Part shown: piece after piece, positions 1-10,312 of the stretch
How the letters are laid out: each line of letters begins with the position of its first letter
Numbering within the stretch: the first letter of the stretch is position 1
DNA from: a virus
DNA length: 64,000 nucleotides
Direction: 5' to 3' (one strand)
UHGV virus genome: UHGV-0164982
Notes under the pieces: generated by a model
The model's input: the letters and a program-made list of their open reading frames with translations, nothing else
Told to the model about the DNA's origin: nothing
Databases searched by the model: none
Position numbers and translations under genes: made by a program

Positions 1-785
1 TCCAGGGCGCGAGTTGATAGCTGGCTGGTGGCAGATGGCGCGGCAACACCATTTTTTCTGACCCGGCAAAACAGGTAGTTATTCGGATCATCAGCTACAC
101 CAGAGACGGAAATCCATCGCTCGACCAGTTTAGTTACCCCCAGGCTAAGTGCCTTCTCTACACCTGCGGTGCTAACCAGCGTTTTCGTTCTGCCAATATG
201 GATTAACATTCTCCCACCGTCAGTACGTGAGATATCTTTAACCCTGATCCTGGCAATTTCGGCTATACGTAACAGGGTGTTATAAGCAATCCCCAGAAAT
301 GCCAGATTACGTATATCCTGGCAGCGATCGCTATTTTCCATGAGTGAACGAACCTGGTCGAAATCAGTGCGTTCGAACGCTAGAGCCTGTTTTGCACGTT
401 CACCGGCATCAACGTTTTCTTTTCGGATCCGCCGCATAACCAGTGAAACAGCATTGCTGTCACTTGGTCGTGGCAGCCCGGACCGACGATGAAGCATGTT
501 TAGCTGGCCCAAATGTTGCTGGATAGTTTTTACTGCCAGACCGCGCGCCTGAAGATATAGAAGATAATCGCGAACATCTTCAGGTTCTGCGGGAAACCAT
601 TTCCGGTTATTCAACTTGCACCATGCCGCCCACGACCGGCAAACGGACAGAAGCATTTTCCAGGTATGCTCAGAAAACGCCTGGCGATCCCTGAACATGT
701 CCATCAGGTTCTTGCGAACCTCATCACTCGTTGCATCGACCGGTAATGCAGGCAAATTTTGGTGTACGGTCAGTAAATTGGACAT
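1..785 (-). CDS. cre: Cre tyrosine recombinase, partial (C-terminal part runs off the window start)
   Basis: Minus-strand translation from ATG at 783-785 reads MSNLLTVHQNLPALPVDATSDEVRKNLMDMFRDRQAFSEHTWKML..., recognised as P1 Cre; no stop before position 1. Confidence 0.95.
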   Translation of the reverse strand, partial: MSNLLTVHQNLPALPVDATSDEVRKNLMDMFRDRQAFSEHTWKMLLSVCRSWAAWCKLNNRKWFPAEPEDVRDYLLYLQARGLAVKTIQQHLGQLNMLHRRSGLPRPSDSNAVSLVMRRIRKENVDAGERAKQALAFERTDFDQVRSLMENSDRCQDIRNLAFLGIAYNTLLRIAEIARIRVKDISRTDGGRMLIHIGRTKTLVSTAGVEKALSLGVTKLVERWISVSGVADDPNNYLFCRVRKNGVAAPSATSQLSTRAL

Positions 786-792
786 TTAACAC

Positions 793-1014
793 TCAGATAA
801 TGGTTTTAAGTAAAGTGTACAGGATCGGCTCTGCCTTTACCTGTTTATGGTTCTCGTCATAGAAACGCCAGCGACCGCGCGTGCGTTCTATTTTCTCTTC
901 ACCGCGCGATAATGACAGTTGGCAACTATCACGATCAAACCCTTTTGCCCGCCAGTAACCACGGTTTTTCTCAAGCTCAAGATGAGTGGACACTTTAGCA
1001 GTTGAATATCCCAT
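793..1014 (-). CDS. hypothetical 73-aa basic protein between loxP and cre
   Basis: Six-frame ORF only; sits where the cre promoters are expected; GATC cluster at 1112-1184 and a 17-bp imperfect inverted repeat at 1046-1100 lie upstream. Confidence 0.25.
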   Translation of the reverse strand: MGYSTAKVSTHLELEKNRGYWRAKGFDRDSCQLSLSRGEEKIERTRGRWRFYDENHKQVKAEPILYTLLKTII

Positions 1015-1203
1015 TTTTCACCTCTGATTGATTGGTGGTGCTAAGTGCGCTACGCGAAATCTGTAGGACTAACACCGCCAATTTTTCACAGATTTTACGT
1101 AGCGCAACCTTGATCAAATGATCAAGTGGTCACTATTTGACCTGCTAAGGTATTGAACTGTATGGATTTACAGGTAAATTGATCATATTCAATAACCCTT
1201 AAT

Positions 1204-1237
1204 ATAACTTCGTATAATGTATGCTATACGAAGTTAT
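1204..1237. other. loxP: loxP site-specific recombination site
   Basis: Exact 34-bp ATAACTTCGTATA-ATGTATGC-TATACGAAGTTAT read directly in the sequence. Confidence 0.98.
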
Positions 1238-1280
1238 CAGGTCCGAAGAGGAGTTTACGTCCAGCTGCGCACAAAAATCA

Positions 1281-1297
1281 ATAATTATTAGAGCAAT
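1281..1297 (-). promoter_or_regulatory. C1 repressor operator-like site (ImmC cluster)
   Basis: 15/17 match to reverse complement of the asymmetric operator consensus ATTGCTCTAATAAATTT as I recall it. Confidence 0.7.
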
Positions 1298-1363
1298 AAA
1301 TTTTGAGAGAAAAATCCCACTCCACCAGCTAAAAACTGGATTGTTTTTCATAGTTGTTTGACA

Positions 1364-1380
1364 ATTGCTCTAATAAATTA
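1364..1380 (+). promoter_or_regulatory. C1 repressor operator-like site (ImmC cluster)
   Basis: ATTGCTCTAATAAATTA, 16/17 to consensus. Confidence 0.75.
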
Positions 1381-1618
1381 TAGTTTTGCCGCCGTTACGT
1401 AATACGACTTTGGATTCACTATTTAATGTGTCTTCAGCGTTGTAGAGCGGCTCAGAAGGAAATGAGCAAACAGGGAAACCTTATACAACGGCATTACAGC
1501 TATGCATTGCTCATCTTACACACAGCGCAATGTTGTTAGATTACCCCAGCATGGATCATGGGTGAAACAGTAGGTCAGAGCTTCAGGCTCTGTGTTGTCA
1601 ATACAGTGAGGCATAATT

Positions 1619-1828
1619 ATGGCTTTCATTCAACCAACCATCGACGACGTTAGACATTGCTCTAACGCTTTATCTGTAGACCCTGCCGAAACCGACGCTG
1701 CCCGCGCCATTGCTGAACACTACTCAAAGATATCCAATCAGGAGTACCGCATCACCCAAGACGACCTGGATGATCTCACTGACACAATCGAATATCTCAT
1801 GGCAACTAACCAGTTAGGCTCACAATAA
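1619..1828 (+). CDS. coi: Coi, C1 inactivator
   Basis: 69-aa ORF directly upstream of c1, same strand; size and position match P1 coi. Confidence 0.8.
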   Translation: MAFIQPTIDDVRHCSNALSVDPAETDAARAIAEHYSKISNQEYRITQDDLDDLTDTIEYLMATNQLGSQ

Positions 1829-1844
1829 ATGCACTAATAAATCT
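1828..1844 (+). promoter_or_regulatory. C1 operator-like site between coi and c1
   Basis: AATGCACTAATAAATCT, 14/17 to consensus. Confidence 0.5.
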
Positions 1845-1938
1845 ATTATTTTTGTTTGATCCCTCTATAATATAGGTCAGTAATGACCGGTTTTCTCAGC
1901 CGGGCGTTATTGACCATGTCAATTCTGGAGGAGGATCA

Positions 1939-2790
1939 ATGATAAATTATGTCTACGGCGAACAACTGTACCAGGAGTTCGTCAGCTTCAGGGATCTCTT
2001 TCTAAAAAAAGCTGTTGCACGCGCCCAACACGTTGATACAGCCAGCGACGGTCGTCCTGTACGCCCGGTTGTCGTTCTACCGTTCAAAGAAACTGACAGC
2101 ATTCAGGCTGAAATTGATAAATGGACTTTAATGGCGCGGGAACTGGAACAGTACCCAGACCTCAATATCCCAAAGACTATTTTATATCCAGTGCCTAACA
2201 TCCTTCGCGGTGTGCGCAAGGTTACAACTTATCAGACAGAAGCTGTGAACAGCGTCAACATGACCGCTGGCCGCATTATTCATCTGATTGATAAGGACAT
2301 TCGCATCCAAAAAAGCGCGGGGATCAATGAGCACAGTGCGAAATACATAGAGAACCTGGAAGCAACAAAAGAGCTAATGAGGCAGTACCCGGAGGATGAA
2401 AAATTCCGTATGCGCGTACACGGCTTTAGCGAAACAATGCTGCGCGTCCACTACATTTCCAGTAGCCCTAACTACAATGATGGTAAATCAGTTAGTTACC
2501 ATGTGCCACTGTGTGGCGTGTTTATCTGCGATGAAACTCTCCGTGATGGAATTATCATCAACGGTGAATTCGAAAAAGCAAAATTTAGCCTTTATGACTC
2601 CATAGAACCGATCATCTGCGACCGCTGGCCGCAAGCAAAAATATATCGCCTGGCAGATATTGAAAATGTAAAAAAACAAATTGCCATCACTCGCGAAGAG
2701 AAAAAGGTTAAGTCAGCCGCATCAGTTACGCGCAGCCGTAAAACCAAGAAGGGGCAGCCAGTAAACGACAACCCCGAAAGCGCGCAATAA
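1939..2790 (+). CDS. c1: C1 repressor of lysis
   Basis: 283-aa product MINYVYGEQLYQEFVSFRDLFLKK... recognised as P1 C1. Confidence 0.95.
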   Translation: MINYVYGEQLYQEFVSFRDLFLKKAVARAQHVDTASDGRPVRPVVVLPFKETDSIQAEIDKWTLMARELEQYPDLNIPKTILYPVPNILRGVRKVTTYQTEAVNSVNMTAGRIIHLIDKDIRIQKSAGINEHSAKYIENLEATKELMRQYPEDEKFRMRVHGFSETMLRVHYISSSPNYNDGKSVSYHVPLCGVFICDETLRDGIIINGEFEKAKFSLYDSIEPIICDRWPQAKIYRLADIENVKKQIAITREEKKVKSAASVTRSRKTKKGQPVNDNPESAQ

Positions 2791-2793
2791 ATT

Positions 2794-2815
2794 ATGCCCG
2801 GCATCAACCGGGCAT
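2794..2815. terminator. hairpin between convergent c1 and ant-like gene
   Basis: ATGCCCGG-CATCAA-CCGGGCAT stem-loop in the 32-bp gap between the two stop codons. Confidence 0.45.
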
Positions 2816-2822
2816 TCTTCCA

Positions 2823-3938
2823 TTATTCAGCCGCCACCGGTTTTAACAAGCCAGCATCGAGCAGTTTACGCGTCAACCACTGCTGGCCTTTACCCGTTAA
2901 TTGAGGCGTCAACCGTATCTGGTAGCCATCTTCATCATCCAGCACCACTTCTTTCACCGTGAAATACCCGGCGTTGATGTATTGCTGGAGCGGTACATTT
3001 TTACGCCCGCCGGACGCAATCAGGATGCCGTTCTCCCGTAACCAGGCAAACAGCGCGTTTTGCTTAAGTCCAACAACCTTTGCAAAATTCCCAATCAGGA
3101 TCCCTTTAGCTACTGATACCCGGTCGGCAAAATCGACTTTAGGAGCGGCGGCCACCAGCTGCTGATTTAGCTGGTGGGCTTTCTGTTCCAGAAGCTGCTT
3201 TTGTTCAGCCAGTTCGGCAGCCAGGCGCAGAGCTTCTGGAAGCGTCTGGGGGATTGCGATCGGTTGCTGTTCTTTTTGTCGGAAGTAGCTGTCTTCCAGT
3301 TTTTCAAAGAATGCCCATGCCTGATCGGTTTCGAGCATTTTAGCGTGACGGGCAGCTCCTCGTTCTGTCCAGAGGATGAGAGAGCGCGCTTTGGGGGAGA
3401 CTGGATTTTGTGAGTAGTTTAAAGCTACCCGCAAATTTTTCAGCTCATCGCCAATAACCTTGAAAAAGTGCTTCGCTTCAACAAAGCGTACTTTGTTCTC
3501 ATGATGATTCTGGCGAATGCGAATCGCTTCTGTACCATACCCCTTAGCAAGAGTTTCGGTTGTTACGACACGCACTCCCTGCCACTCCAGAACGGGAATT
3601 TCATCCGGCTGATTCTGAACAACCACCAGTTCCGATTCCTGAACTGAAGGTGCATAAATTTTTTCTGATTTAACGTTAGTTGCTTTCATTCTGTGTGCCT
3701 CCTTGCGTGCTTCGGCTGCGACGGTTGCGTAATTCAGATGACCCTGTTCGAGCAGGTATTCACGGATATCGGTTAGCAGAATGCGGTGAACCGCGTGTTT
3801 GTCCTTTCTCCGGTAAAGTTGTTTGGTGATCATGAAGTAGTTGGCAATAACGCCAGGTATATCCCTGGTACTGATACAGGCAGTGTGCTGTTCAATTGCC
3901 TCGATCATCTCTTCACGGGTGACTAATGACGTTCTCAT
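2823..3938 (-). CDS. antirepressor-like protein (KilA-C/ANT C-terminal domain), paralog of the ImmI Ant at 50835-51878
   Basis: 371 aa; C-terminal ~150 aa near-identical to ORF 50835-51878 (PQTLPEALRLAAELAEQK...GKGQQWLTRKLLDAGLLKPVA); N-terminus also alignable. Confidence 0.8.
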   Translation of the reverse strand: MRTSLVTREEMIEAIEQHTACISTRDIPGVIANYFMITKQLYRRKDKHAVHRILLTDIREYLLEQGHLNYATVAAEARKEAHRMKATNVKSEKIYAPSVQESELVVVQNQPDEIPVLEWQGVRVVTTETLAKGYGTEAIRIRQNHHENKVRFVEAKHFFKVIGDELKNLRVALNYSQNPVSPKARSLILWTERGAARHAKMLETDQAWAFFEKLEDSYFRQKEQQPIAIPQTLPEALRLAAELAEQKQLLEQKAHQLNQQLVAAAPKVDFADRVSVAKGILIGNFAKVVGLKQNALFAWLRENGILIASGGRKNVPLQQYINAGYFTVKEVVLDDEDGYQIRLTPQLTGKGQQWLTRKLLDAGLLKPVAAE

Positions 3939-4156
3939 AGTCCCTCCTGAGCAGAAGCGTTAACAGGGAGGCACCAGTAACTGAGAGAATTGCGTGAATC
4001 AGTGGAAAAACGGGCAGAGAAAATACATGGGGCGTCAGGAAGCTGAGAACGGGCCTCATCTTCTGTCGGTGCAATAACGAAATGATAGTGACGTTTTTGG
4101 CAGGAGTAAAAGCGCCAGATAAATTCAGGATGAATTAGGGTAGGGACAGTAGCCAT
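3935..4156 (-). CDS. Icd-like small protein, 4-nt overlap with downstream ant-like gene
   Basis: 73 aa, PEFIWRFYSC..HYHFVIA.TEDEARSQLPD motif shared with ORF 51875-52096; ATGA-type coupling to the ant-like start. Confidence 0.7.
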   Translation of the reverse strand: MATVPTLIHPEFIWRFYSCQKRHYHFVIAPTEDEARSQLPDAPCIFSARFSTDSRNSLSYWCLPVNASAQEGL

Positions 4157-4495
4157 AATGGCAGCCTCCTTTGACTAAGTTAAGGAGCTACCGCGTGAGG
4201 TCTCAATCTCAATGGCGGTAGCACTGACTGGGTTGAGACTACCGGCGTCAAAGGGAACCGGCCTGCCTTTCGGCAGCCCAGCCAGCACTACCATTGATTT
4301 CGGAGCTAAACGCTACGTATGGCTGTGCGATGGCATGACACAAAAAAAGACGCTTTCGGCGTCTGTGTCGCCTTTGACATTATCCGGGGTCTCAATCCCG
4401 GCACCCGTTTTACTGAGGTGCCTGATAAGCATAAACCGAAAATGCCTCAAGGCGCAAGAGGTCAGGTTCAATGTAACATCGGTAGTTAAAAAACA
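4157..4495 (-). ncRNA. leader of second icd-ant cassette, candidate c4-like antisense RNA region
   Basis: ORF-free 340-nt leader between a C1 operator-like site and icd-like start, by analogy with the ImmI c4 arrangement; no primary-sequence match to the other leader seen by eye. Confidence 0.25.
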
Positions 4496-4512
4496 CAATT
4501 TATTAGAGCAAA
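4496..4512 (-). promoter_or_regulatory. C1 operator-like site upstream of second icd-ant cassette
   Basis: CAATTTATTAGAGCAAA, 15/17 to reverse consensus. Confidence 0.65.
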
Positions 4513-4515
4513 TAT

Positions 4516-6000
4516 TCATTCATTAAGCCATGCCAGAGCTTCATCAACCTGCGCTTCGTCTTCGACGCTAAGCACTTCATCTTGGGGAACATAGTTCGCC
4601 AACATAGCGAAACAATATGTATCCCAATGGTCCGGTGAGTGCAGGTTGAGTTTTTTCTTCATATCCTCCTTACTCATCACCTTCCATTGACCTGCGGAAT
4701 TTATCCCGACCGGTATCTTTGATGCTTCCTCTATAGTCGCAGCCCCCTTATCAAGCCGCATACGCCCTGATTTTACAGCTTCTGCCGCCTGAATATTCGC
4801 GAAAGCGCGCATATCGAAATAAAGGCTTTTATCTTCACGGCTGTGCATCTTTTTACCCCAGCGGATACGCTGGACGGTAATACCATAGCGTTCGTACATC
4901 AGATCAGCCGTCGATTTCCCCAAGCCATCGCCATCAATAGCTATGGTTATGTTCGGGAACCGTTCTGGGTTACATTCTGCGAAAATCTTGGCGGCTAACT
5001 GCGTTTCTGTAACGTCTGTGTATTCCAGCATACGATAGTTGATTACACGGCGTTTATTTCGCTGGCCGGACACCATCATGATATTAATAACGGACTTATC
5101 TCGCCCTGTGCCACCAGCAACGTCAACACATGCAACCCAGCCCCATCCTTTGGCAATCTTGACCTTTCGCCGCGTCGCCCGCTCAACCTCATCACGACCA
5201 AGAAGAAAGCCATCTTGCGATTTGGGGAATTCACCACGTACTTTGATCATGTACATGGGGTTATCACGACCGCCATACTCCGCAAGTTTTGCTCGTATAA
5301 ATTTTGCATCTACAAGCGGAGATTCTTCACTATTCAGTATTATCGCAGTAAACAATCCATCAGGATTTCCCGGGCGAATAGCTAGTCTGTGGTGTGAATC
5401 GTAGAAATAGCCTGAAGGTCGCGTAGGCTGGGAAAGAAGCAGAATACGGTTATCCTTACCGGTCAGCGCACCTGTTATCACACTGAATGCTTTATCACTC
5501 ACACCCGACGCTTCGTCGATGATATACAAGAGATGATCGGCGTGTTCACCAGCCAACGCCTCCTCATTTCCGGGGCGACAGGACTTTATCAATATTGTCC
5601 AAACACCCTTGCCAGTCACCTCAAAAAAAGACGTTTCTGTAAGAATGAAATACTTCGACAACCACGGGAATCTGCTAACAGCAGTAGCCCAATTGCTCTT
5701 TATGTATTTGAAAATACCATCAAGGACTTGCTGTCTTTTGTTAGCGACCAGAATGACGCGAGCGCCGGGGAAAAACATGATGAAGAGTATTGCAATGATA
5801 CTCGTCATATCCGATTTACCAGTACCATGGCCGGAGGTCACACTTGTCCAACTGCCGTCCTGCTGCGTGGACTCAATGATCTCATCCTGCTGCCAGGTTG
5901 GTGTCTTCCCAAACAACACATCAGCGGCCGCAATCCAGTCATAACGATATAGCGCCACCAGCTCGCGCCAACGTGGGTCCGTTACGCAACTTCTGGCCAT
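4516..6000 (-). CDS. pacB: terminase large subunit PacB
   Basis: 494 aa; size and position immediately downstream of pacA; terminase-like ATPase/nuclease architecture. Confidence 0.85.
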
Positions 6001-7193
6001 TAATCATCATCCCCGTACAGTTTGCGGGTAACTTCTTCGTCTTCCTCCTCGTCTTCGTCCAGATCCTGTTCAAGCCATGCTTCGTTTGATATGCCTTCCG
6101 CATCGACATCACCATAACCACCTGTATCGACGATATCGGCAATTTCTTCTCTACGATGCTCAATCCACAATGCGGCATCAGCGCGGCGGCTGGCGGCCCG
6201 TTCTCGCGCGATTTTATCCAGATCTTCAAGTGATGGAGCGCCAGATGCTGTTTGGTTTTCCTCATCATCGGTATTGGTCTTAGGAGCACGCAGATCGGCT
6301 TTGATTTGCTCCAGCATCAGGGGCGGCACTTTCCCTCCATGCGCCTCGATGAATTCAGCCGCTTCCAGCACTGACCAGTTATTTTCACGCTTTCGTTCGT
6401 ATGCCAGCTTAACAATGCCAGCTTGCCCCATAGACAAAGCGTGCTTTTCCGCCTCCCGGCTTTCTTTTCGATAGTTATTCCGGATGCTGTAAATGGTGTT
6501 GATCAGGCTGCTTATCTGCGCGGAACAGCTGTTTAGCATGCTCGCGATACGGTATTCAGGCGGAGTACCTTCATCATCGTCTTTTTGCTGATCGCGCATT
6601 TCCTGCACCAGGCGAATACACGTATCCCTGGCGTTCTCCAGCATAAGGAGATGAGAAAGAGACTTTTCAAGAAGAGTGGTTTCCAGAACATCGGCCCCGG
6701 ACCGACGCAACATAGCGCGCGCGGCCTTCCGCGCTTCAACGTTATCTATCAGGTAATCGCCAGCTTCGAATTCAAAGCGTTCACCATCATCATCCAGGGT
6801 GTCGCGTTCCAGGCGATCACGTAAGGTCCGGTGGGCGCGGGTGATCACGTCATGATCATCTGAACGATCATTTATGCGCTTATTTTGGCGCTTCGCATTC
6901 TCGACTGCGGCACTGACAACGGCATTAACTCTCTGTTTTTCCGCTATTTCAGCCGCAATATGATCACCTGCATGTTGATCATTAGAGTGATCAATGATCA
7001 TGCTTTTTAGTGGCTTCCTGACTGGCTTATTTGGCTTGCGGCTGTCCGCAGTCCTGGTGTCTTCTTTGAAGGCACGGAGATAACGACGTGCGGTATTAGG
7101 GTTAAGATTAAACTCGGCGGCATACTGTGCGATGGTGTAACCACCATCTCGCGCCAGGCGAGCAAAATTCTTTTTGTGATCGTCCCAGGTCAC
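6000..7193 (-). CDS. pacA: terminase small subunit PacA (contains pac site)
   Basis: 397 aa, acidic C-terminus; clusters of TGATCA hexamers inside the 5-prime part of the gene. Confidence 0.85.
6815..7002. other. pac: pac packaging site (Dam-methylatable hexamer clusters flanking the cleavage region)
   Basis: GATC at 6815, 6843, 6854, 6866 and four TGATCA at 6961-7002. Confidence 0.7.
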
Positions 7194-7278
7194 TTATGCT
7201 TCCTTTCGTAAAAACTCTTTTTGACGCGAGGGTAACGAAAGTCACATGTCAAAAGGCCCGGAACGGGCAAGCAATCAA

Positions 7279-7731
7279 TCAGATACGTGCGGATGTGGCA
7301 TTACCGTAATGACGGTGCTGACGGGCCACCTTATTGAAAAGTTGACGCGCCATTACCCAAGGCTGGTGCTCCCGGCGTTCCTTTTCGTCCTGCGTCATAT
7401 AGAGTTCGTTCTGGAGTTTTTCATCAAACCGGCGCGGAGCGCGGCTACGGCGAAAGAATTCAGGATTCAGAGAGTGGATCTGAAATCTACGTGGGCGTGT
7501 ACTGTCATCAATCAAAACAGACGAATACTTAGACACAGCGATAGCCTTTAAGCGCAGATAAACATCGCGCTTATCGACATCCAGATGCGGGTATTCCTTT
7601 TCAAGAATTGCTGCGAGTTCTTTCGCTGATAGAAGAGATTTAGTGCGGATCATGTAATCCGCAATCTCGTACGATGTTATTCGTGAGTGATTTATTTCCA
7701 TGAAGTGGCGTCCCTGCCAGTTAAGTAACAT
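7279..7731 (-). CDS. lpa: late promoter activator Lpa (gp10)-like
   Basis: 150-aa ORF upstream of pacA with a C1 operator-like site just upstream; position as in P1. Confidence 0.65.
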   Translation of the reverse strand: MLLNWQGRHFMEINHSRITSYEIADYMIRTKSLLSAKELAAILEKEYPHLDVDKRDVYLRLKAIAVSKYSSVLIDDSTRPRRFQIHSLNPEFFRRSRAPRRFDEKLQNELYMTQDEKERREHQPWVMARQLFNKVARQHRHYGNATSARI

Positions 7732-7801
7732 CCTGTCACCTACTGATTAGCCCATGTCAACTAATCAACGTCGAATATAATACCCTAGATTAAAGAAATA
7801 G

Positions 7802-7818
7802 CAATACATTAGAGCAAT
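7802..7818 (-). promoter_or_regulatory. C1 operator-like site upstream of lpa
   Basis: CAATACATTAGAGCAAT, 14/17. Confidence 0.55.
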
Positions 7819-7819
7819 T

Positions 7820-8863
7820 TTATCTAACGCTCGACGAATGACTTGTGATAGCGCCGACTCCAAGCGCGTAATCAAAGAACAATCGTTGATGCATCGCCAG
7901 CCTACCGTGCGTCTTCTCCCAATTATCGCGGTCACGCTCAATATCACGCTGGCATGACTGGCACAGAGGAATAGCATAAATGTCATGCGCGCATAATCGA
8001 CTATGACGAACGATATAAGGCGTAATGTGAGCGCCAGCTCCCGCAGCTCCACAGCCACAGCATGGACGGGAAGCCACAAAATCCATGTACTCGGGCAATT
8101 TTAGCGATTGAAGTTTTGGTATTTTGAAATGCGCCATGCCAGGGTCGGAGTCAACATCCACAGGGCATACTTTTGCACGCATCGGCGCGGCGCGTTCTTC
8201 CATCATCTGAACATATGCTGTAGCGCGATCGTCATACGGGCGAATATCCGCCTCTTTCAGAGGTCCGCTATCCTGCGTTGCGGCTTTCATCTTATTTATT
8301 GATATACGGCAAACTTCTTCCGGCATCAGGTGCATCATGTTGCGCATGAAAGCCCACCAGCACAGTTCCTGAATACTTAAATCATGGCCATCTGAAAGCC
8401 CCATTTCCTGACGGGCGACATCCAGTATCCAGTTAACGCGATTATTATGCAGCGTTTCTTTCAGCTCATTAAAACCACGCATCCGGTAATGGTTATCGTG
8501 ATGCCAGCACAACAACACCGCGCTATTGTCTCGTTCAGCGTGGACAATATGGTTGTCACACCAACTACGATCTGCGGCCTGGCATTGCCCCTCTTTCCTG
8601 CGCAACCACGCCACCAGCGAGTCAATTCCACCAATACGGCGAAACAGTTCATCGCTGTTAAAAAACGGCTGCAACGCCTCATTTGTTGCCATAGTTTGCT
8701 CGGAAACAACGAGGCCGTCGTCCATGTGCTCGATTAACTCACGCGGCACCGGCTCCATAATAAATTTACGGCCAGCCTCCACCAGCTTTCTGACTTCCTG
8801 ATCCACTTTGAATGTGGCGACGCCAAGCTCTTTTTGTACAAAGGGAGTAATTACGGCTTTCAC
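7820..8863 (-). CDS. conserved P1-family protein (pdcB position) with Cys-rich HNH-like C-terminus
   Basis: 347 aa, GTG start with AAAGGTG RBS; PCCGCG...C..H...C..C motifs. Confidence 0.6.
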   Translation of the reverse strand: MKAVITPFVQKELGVATFKVDQEVRKLVEAGRKFIMEPVPRELIEHMDDGLVVSEQTMATNEALQPFFNSDELFRRIGGIDSLVAWLRRKEGQCQAADRSWCDNHIVHAERDNSAVLLCWHHDNHYRMRGFNELKETLHNNRVNWILDVARQEMGLSDGHDLSIQELCWWAFMRNMMHLMPEEVCRISINKMKAATQDSGPLKEADIRPYDDRATAYVQMMEERAAPMRAKVCPVDVDSDPGMAHFKIPKLQSLKLPEYMDFVASRPCCGCGAAGAGAHITPYIVRHSRLCAHDIYAIPLCQSCQRDIERDRDNWEKTHGRLAMHQRLFFDYALGVGAITSHSSSVR

Positions 8864-8890
8864 ATCACACCTTTCATCACTGATTGGGCT

Positions 8891-9070
8891 TTATCTGCTG
8901 CCCGGCATTCTCTGTTTAAGCACAACCATTTCCTGACGGCATAACACAGCAATAGCGGTCCTGGCACCAATTTGCTTACCAACCAGGTATTGCTTTACCT
9001 CGCGGCGACTCACGCCATCAAGAAGCATCTTTAACGCTTCACGGGACAATTTGTTGTATTTACGTGCCAT
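8891..9070 (-). CDS. small basic protein (pdcA position)
   Basis: 59 aa from ATG 9070 with GGAG RBS; immediately downstream of doc. Confidence 0.4.
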   Translation of the reverse strand: MARKYNKLSREALKMLLDGVSRREVKQYLVGKQIGARTAIAVLCRQEMVVLKQRMPGSR

Positions 9071-9074
9071 TAAT

Positions 9075-9455
9075 CTACTCCGCGGAACCATACAATCTAC
9101 GTAACGTGTCGGCGACAGAAGATACAGATATCTCTCCGGTCGCAGCCCCTACGGTAAGGTCTGCCAGTTCAGGTGAATCAAATACCTGCACCCCGTTACG
9201 GCGTAGAAATAACAGCGCACTGTTTAGCGCGGTACGCTTATTGGCATCATTGAATATATGCCCTCTCGCAGTAGCCACCAGGTAGGTTGCGGAGACTTCG
9301 AAAAGGTCGGTAATCTCTTCGTAGGCAACTCTGGCCTGAACTCTCCCGATAATGGCCTCTGCCCTACCCGGATCTGACATTCCCGGCAGGCCGCCGTAGC
9401 GGTTTATATTCGCATCATGAAGCGCAATAAGTTCTTCCGGTGATATATGCCTCAT
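9075..9455 (-). CDS. doc: Doc toxin (death on curing)
   Basis: 126 aa [38 protein letters not shown]... recognised as P1 Doc. Confidence 0.95.
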   Translation of the reverse strand: MRHISPEELIALHDANINRYGGLPGMSDPGRAEAIIGRVQARVAYEEITDLFEVSATYLVATARGHIFNDANKRTALNSALLFLRRNGVQVFDSPELADLTVGAATGEISVSSVADTLRRLYGSAE

Positions 9456-9676
9456 TATCGGTTAACCAGTTCCTTGTTGGTGGAGTCCAGGGTGTCAAAC
9501 AGGGATGCAAATTCAGCATCCAGCGCCGCTTTTTTGTAGGCTTCGAAAGTAGCCTTGCTGACAATTACTGCTGGCTCACGGCCTCTGCGGGTGATTTCAA
9601 CCTCTTCCCCGGCTTCAACATTGTTGAGCACTTCAGAAAGGTTGCCGCGCGCGGTACGGAAGTTAATGGATTGCAT
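9455..9676 (-). CDS. phd: Phd antitoxin
   Basis: 73 aa [39 protein letters not shown]... recognised as P1 Phd; GAGGTG RBS. Confidence 0.95.
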   Translation of the reverse strand: MQSINFRTARGNLSEVLNNVEAGEEVEITRRGREPAVIVSKATFEAYKKAALDAEFASLFDTLDSTNKELVNR

Positions 9677-9682
9677 AAACAC

Positions 9683-9710
9683 CTCGTGTACTCGTTATGT
9701 GTACACAACT
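9683..9710. promoter_or_regulatory. phd-doc operator palindromes
   Basis: Two GTGTAC-containing palindromic sites immediately upstream of phd. Confidence 0.4.
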
Positions 9711-9748
9711 ATAAACTTCACAGGCATAAAGCACCAGCACTTTGCAGC

Positions 9749-10138
9749 TTAAATCACCGGACAATCATCAAATTCCCCACTTCGGGCATCATTAATGACA
9801 TGAGTGATCACACCAAACACAGCATTACTCCCCGTGCATCCATCGTCATCCACTGGTAACGCCTCTTTCTTCCCAGTGCTTAAATCCTCCAGGTGCTGGC
9901 GCGGATACTTTCGGTATCTCTTTATGCGATATTCACCCTCCATAGCGCACACAAGCAGAGAACCATCAACCGGAGTAAGCGAGGAATCAACCACCAGCAA
10001 AGCACCCTGCAATATTCCCTCACGGTGATGGCTATCAGCTGCCCGCATGAAGTAGGTTGCTGATGGATGCCTGATTAGTTGCTGATCAAGAGAAATTCGG
10101 CTTTCAACATAATCCGCCGCAGGAGAAGGGAAGCCCAT
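9749..10138 (-). CDS. humD: HumD, UmuD-prime homolog
   Basis: 129 aa, UmuD-like; SOS box directly upstream. Confidence 0.8.
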   Translation of the reverse strand: MGFPSPAADYVESRISLDQQLIRHPSATYFMRAADSHHREGILQGALLVVDSSLTPVDGSLLVCAMEGEYRIKRYRKYPRQHLEDLSTGKKEALPVDDDGCTGSNAVFGVITHVINDARSGEFDDCPVI

Positions 10139-10155
10139 AGCGTTTTCACCTCAAC

Positions 10156-10175
10156 AATACTGTTCATTTATACAG
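10156..10175. promoter_or_regulatory. LexA (SOS) box shared by divergent humD and lxr-like genes
   Basis: TACTGTTCATTTATACAGTA, CTGT-N8-ACAG. Confidence 0.75.
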
Positions 10176-10312
10176 TATACATTAAAGAGACACCTTTGGT
10201 GCAAACGCGTTACGTACATCAACAACCGCTGATGATTTTGTGCGCTTTGCTACTATTCATCACCAACGGATCAGCGTAACCTCGTTGCCAATCAGTTAAT
10301 AAGGAATTAGCT

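Noticed and set aside
2823-4156. The first icd-ant cassette being an assembly duplication of the canonical ImmI
   Set aside because: The two copies differ substantially in leaders, Icd sequences and Ant N-terminal domains and have different flanks, so they are true diverged paralogs.
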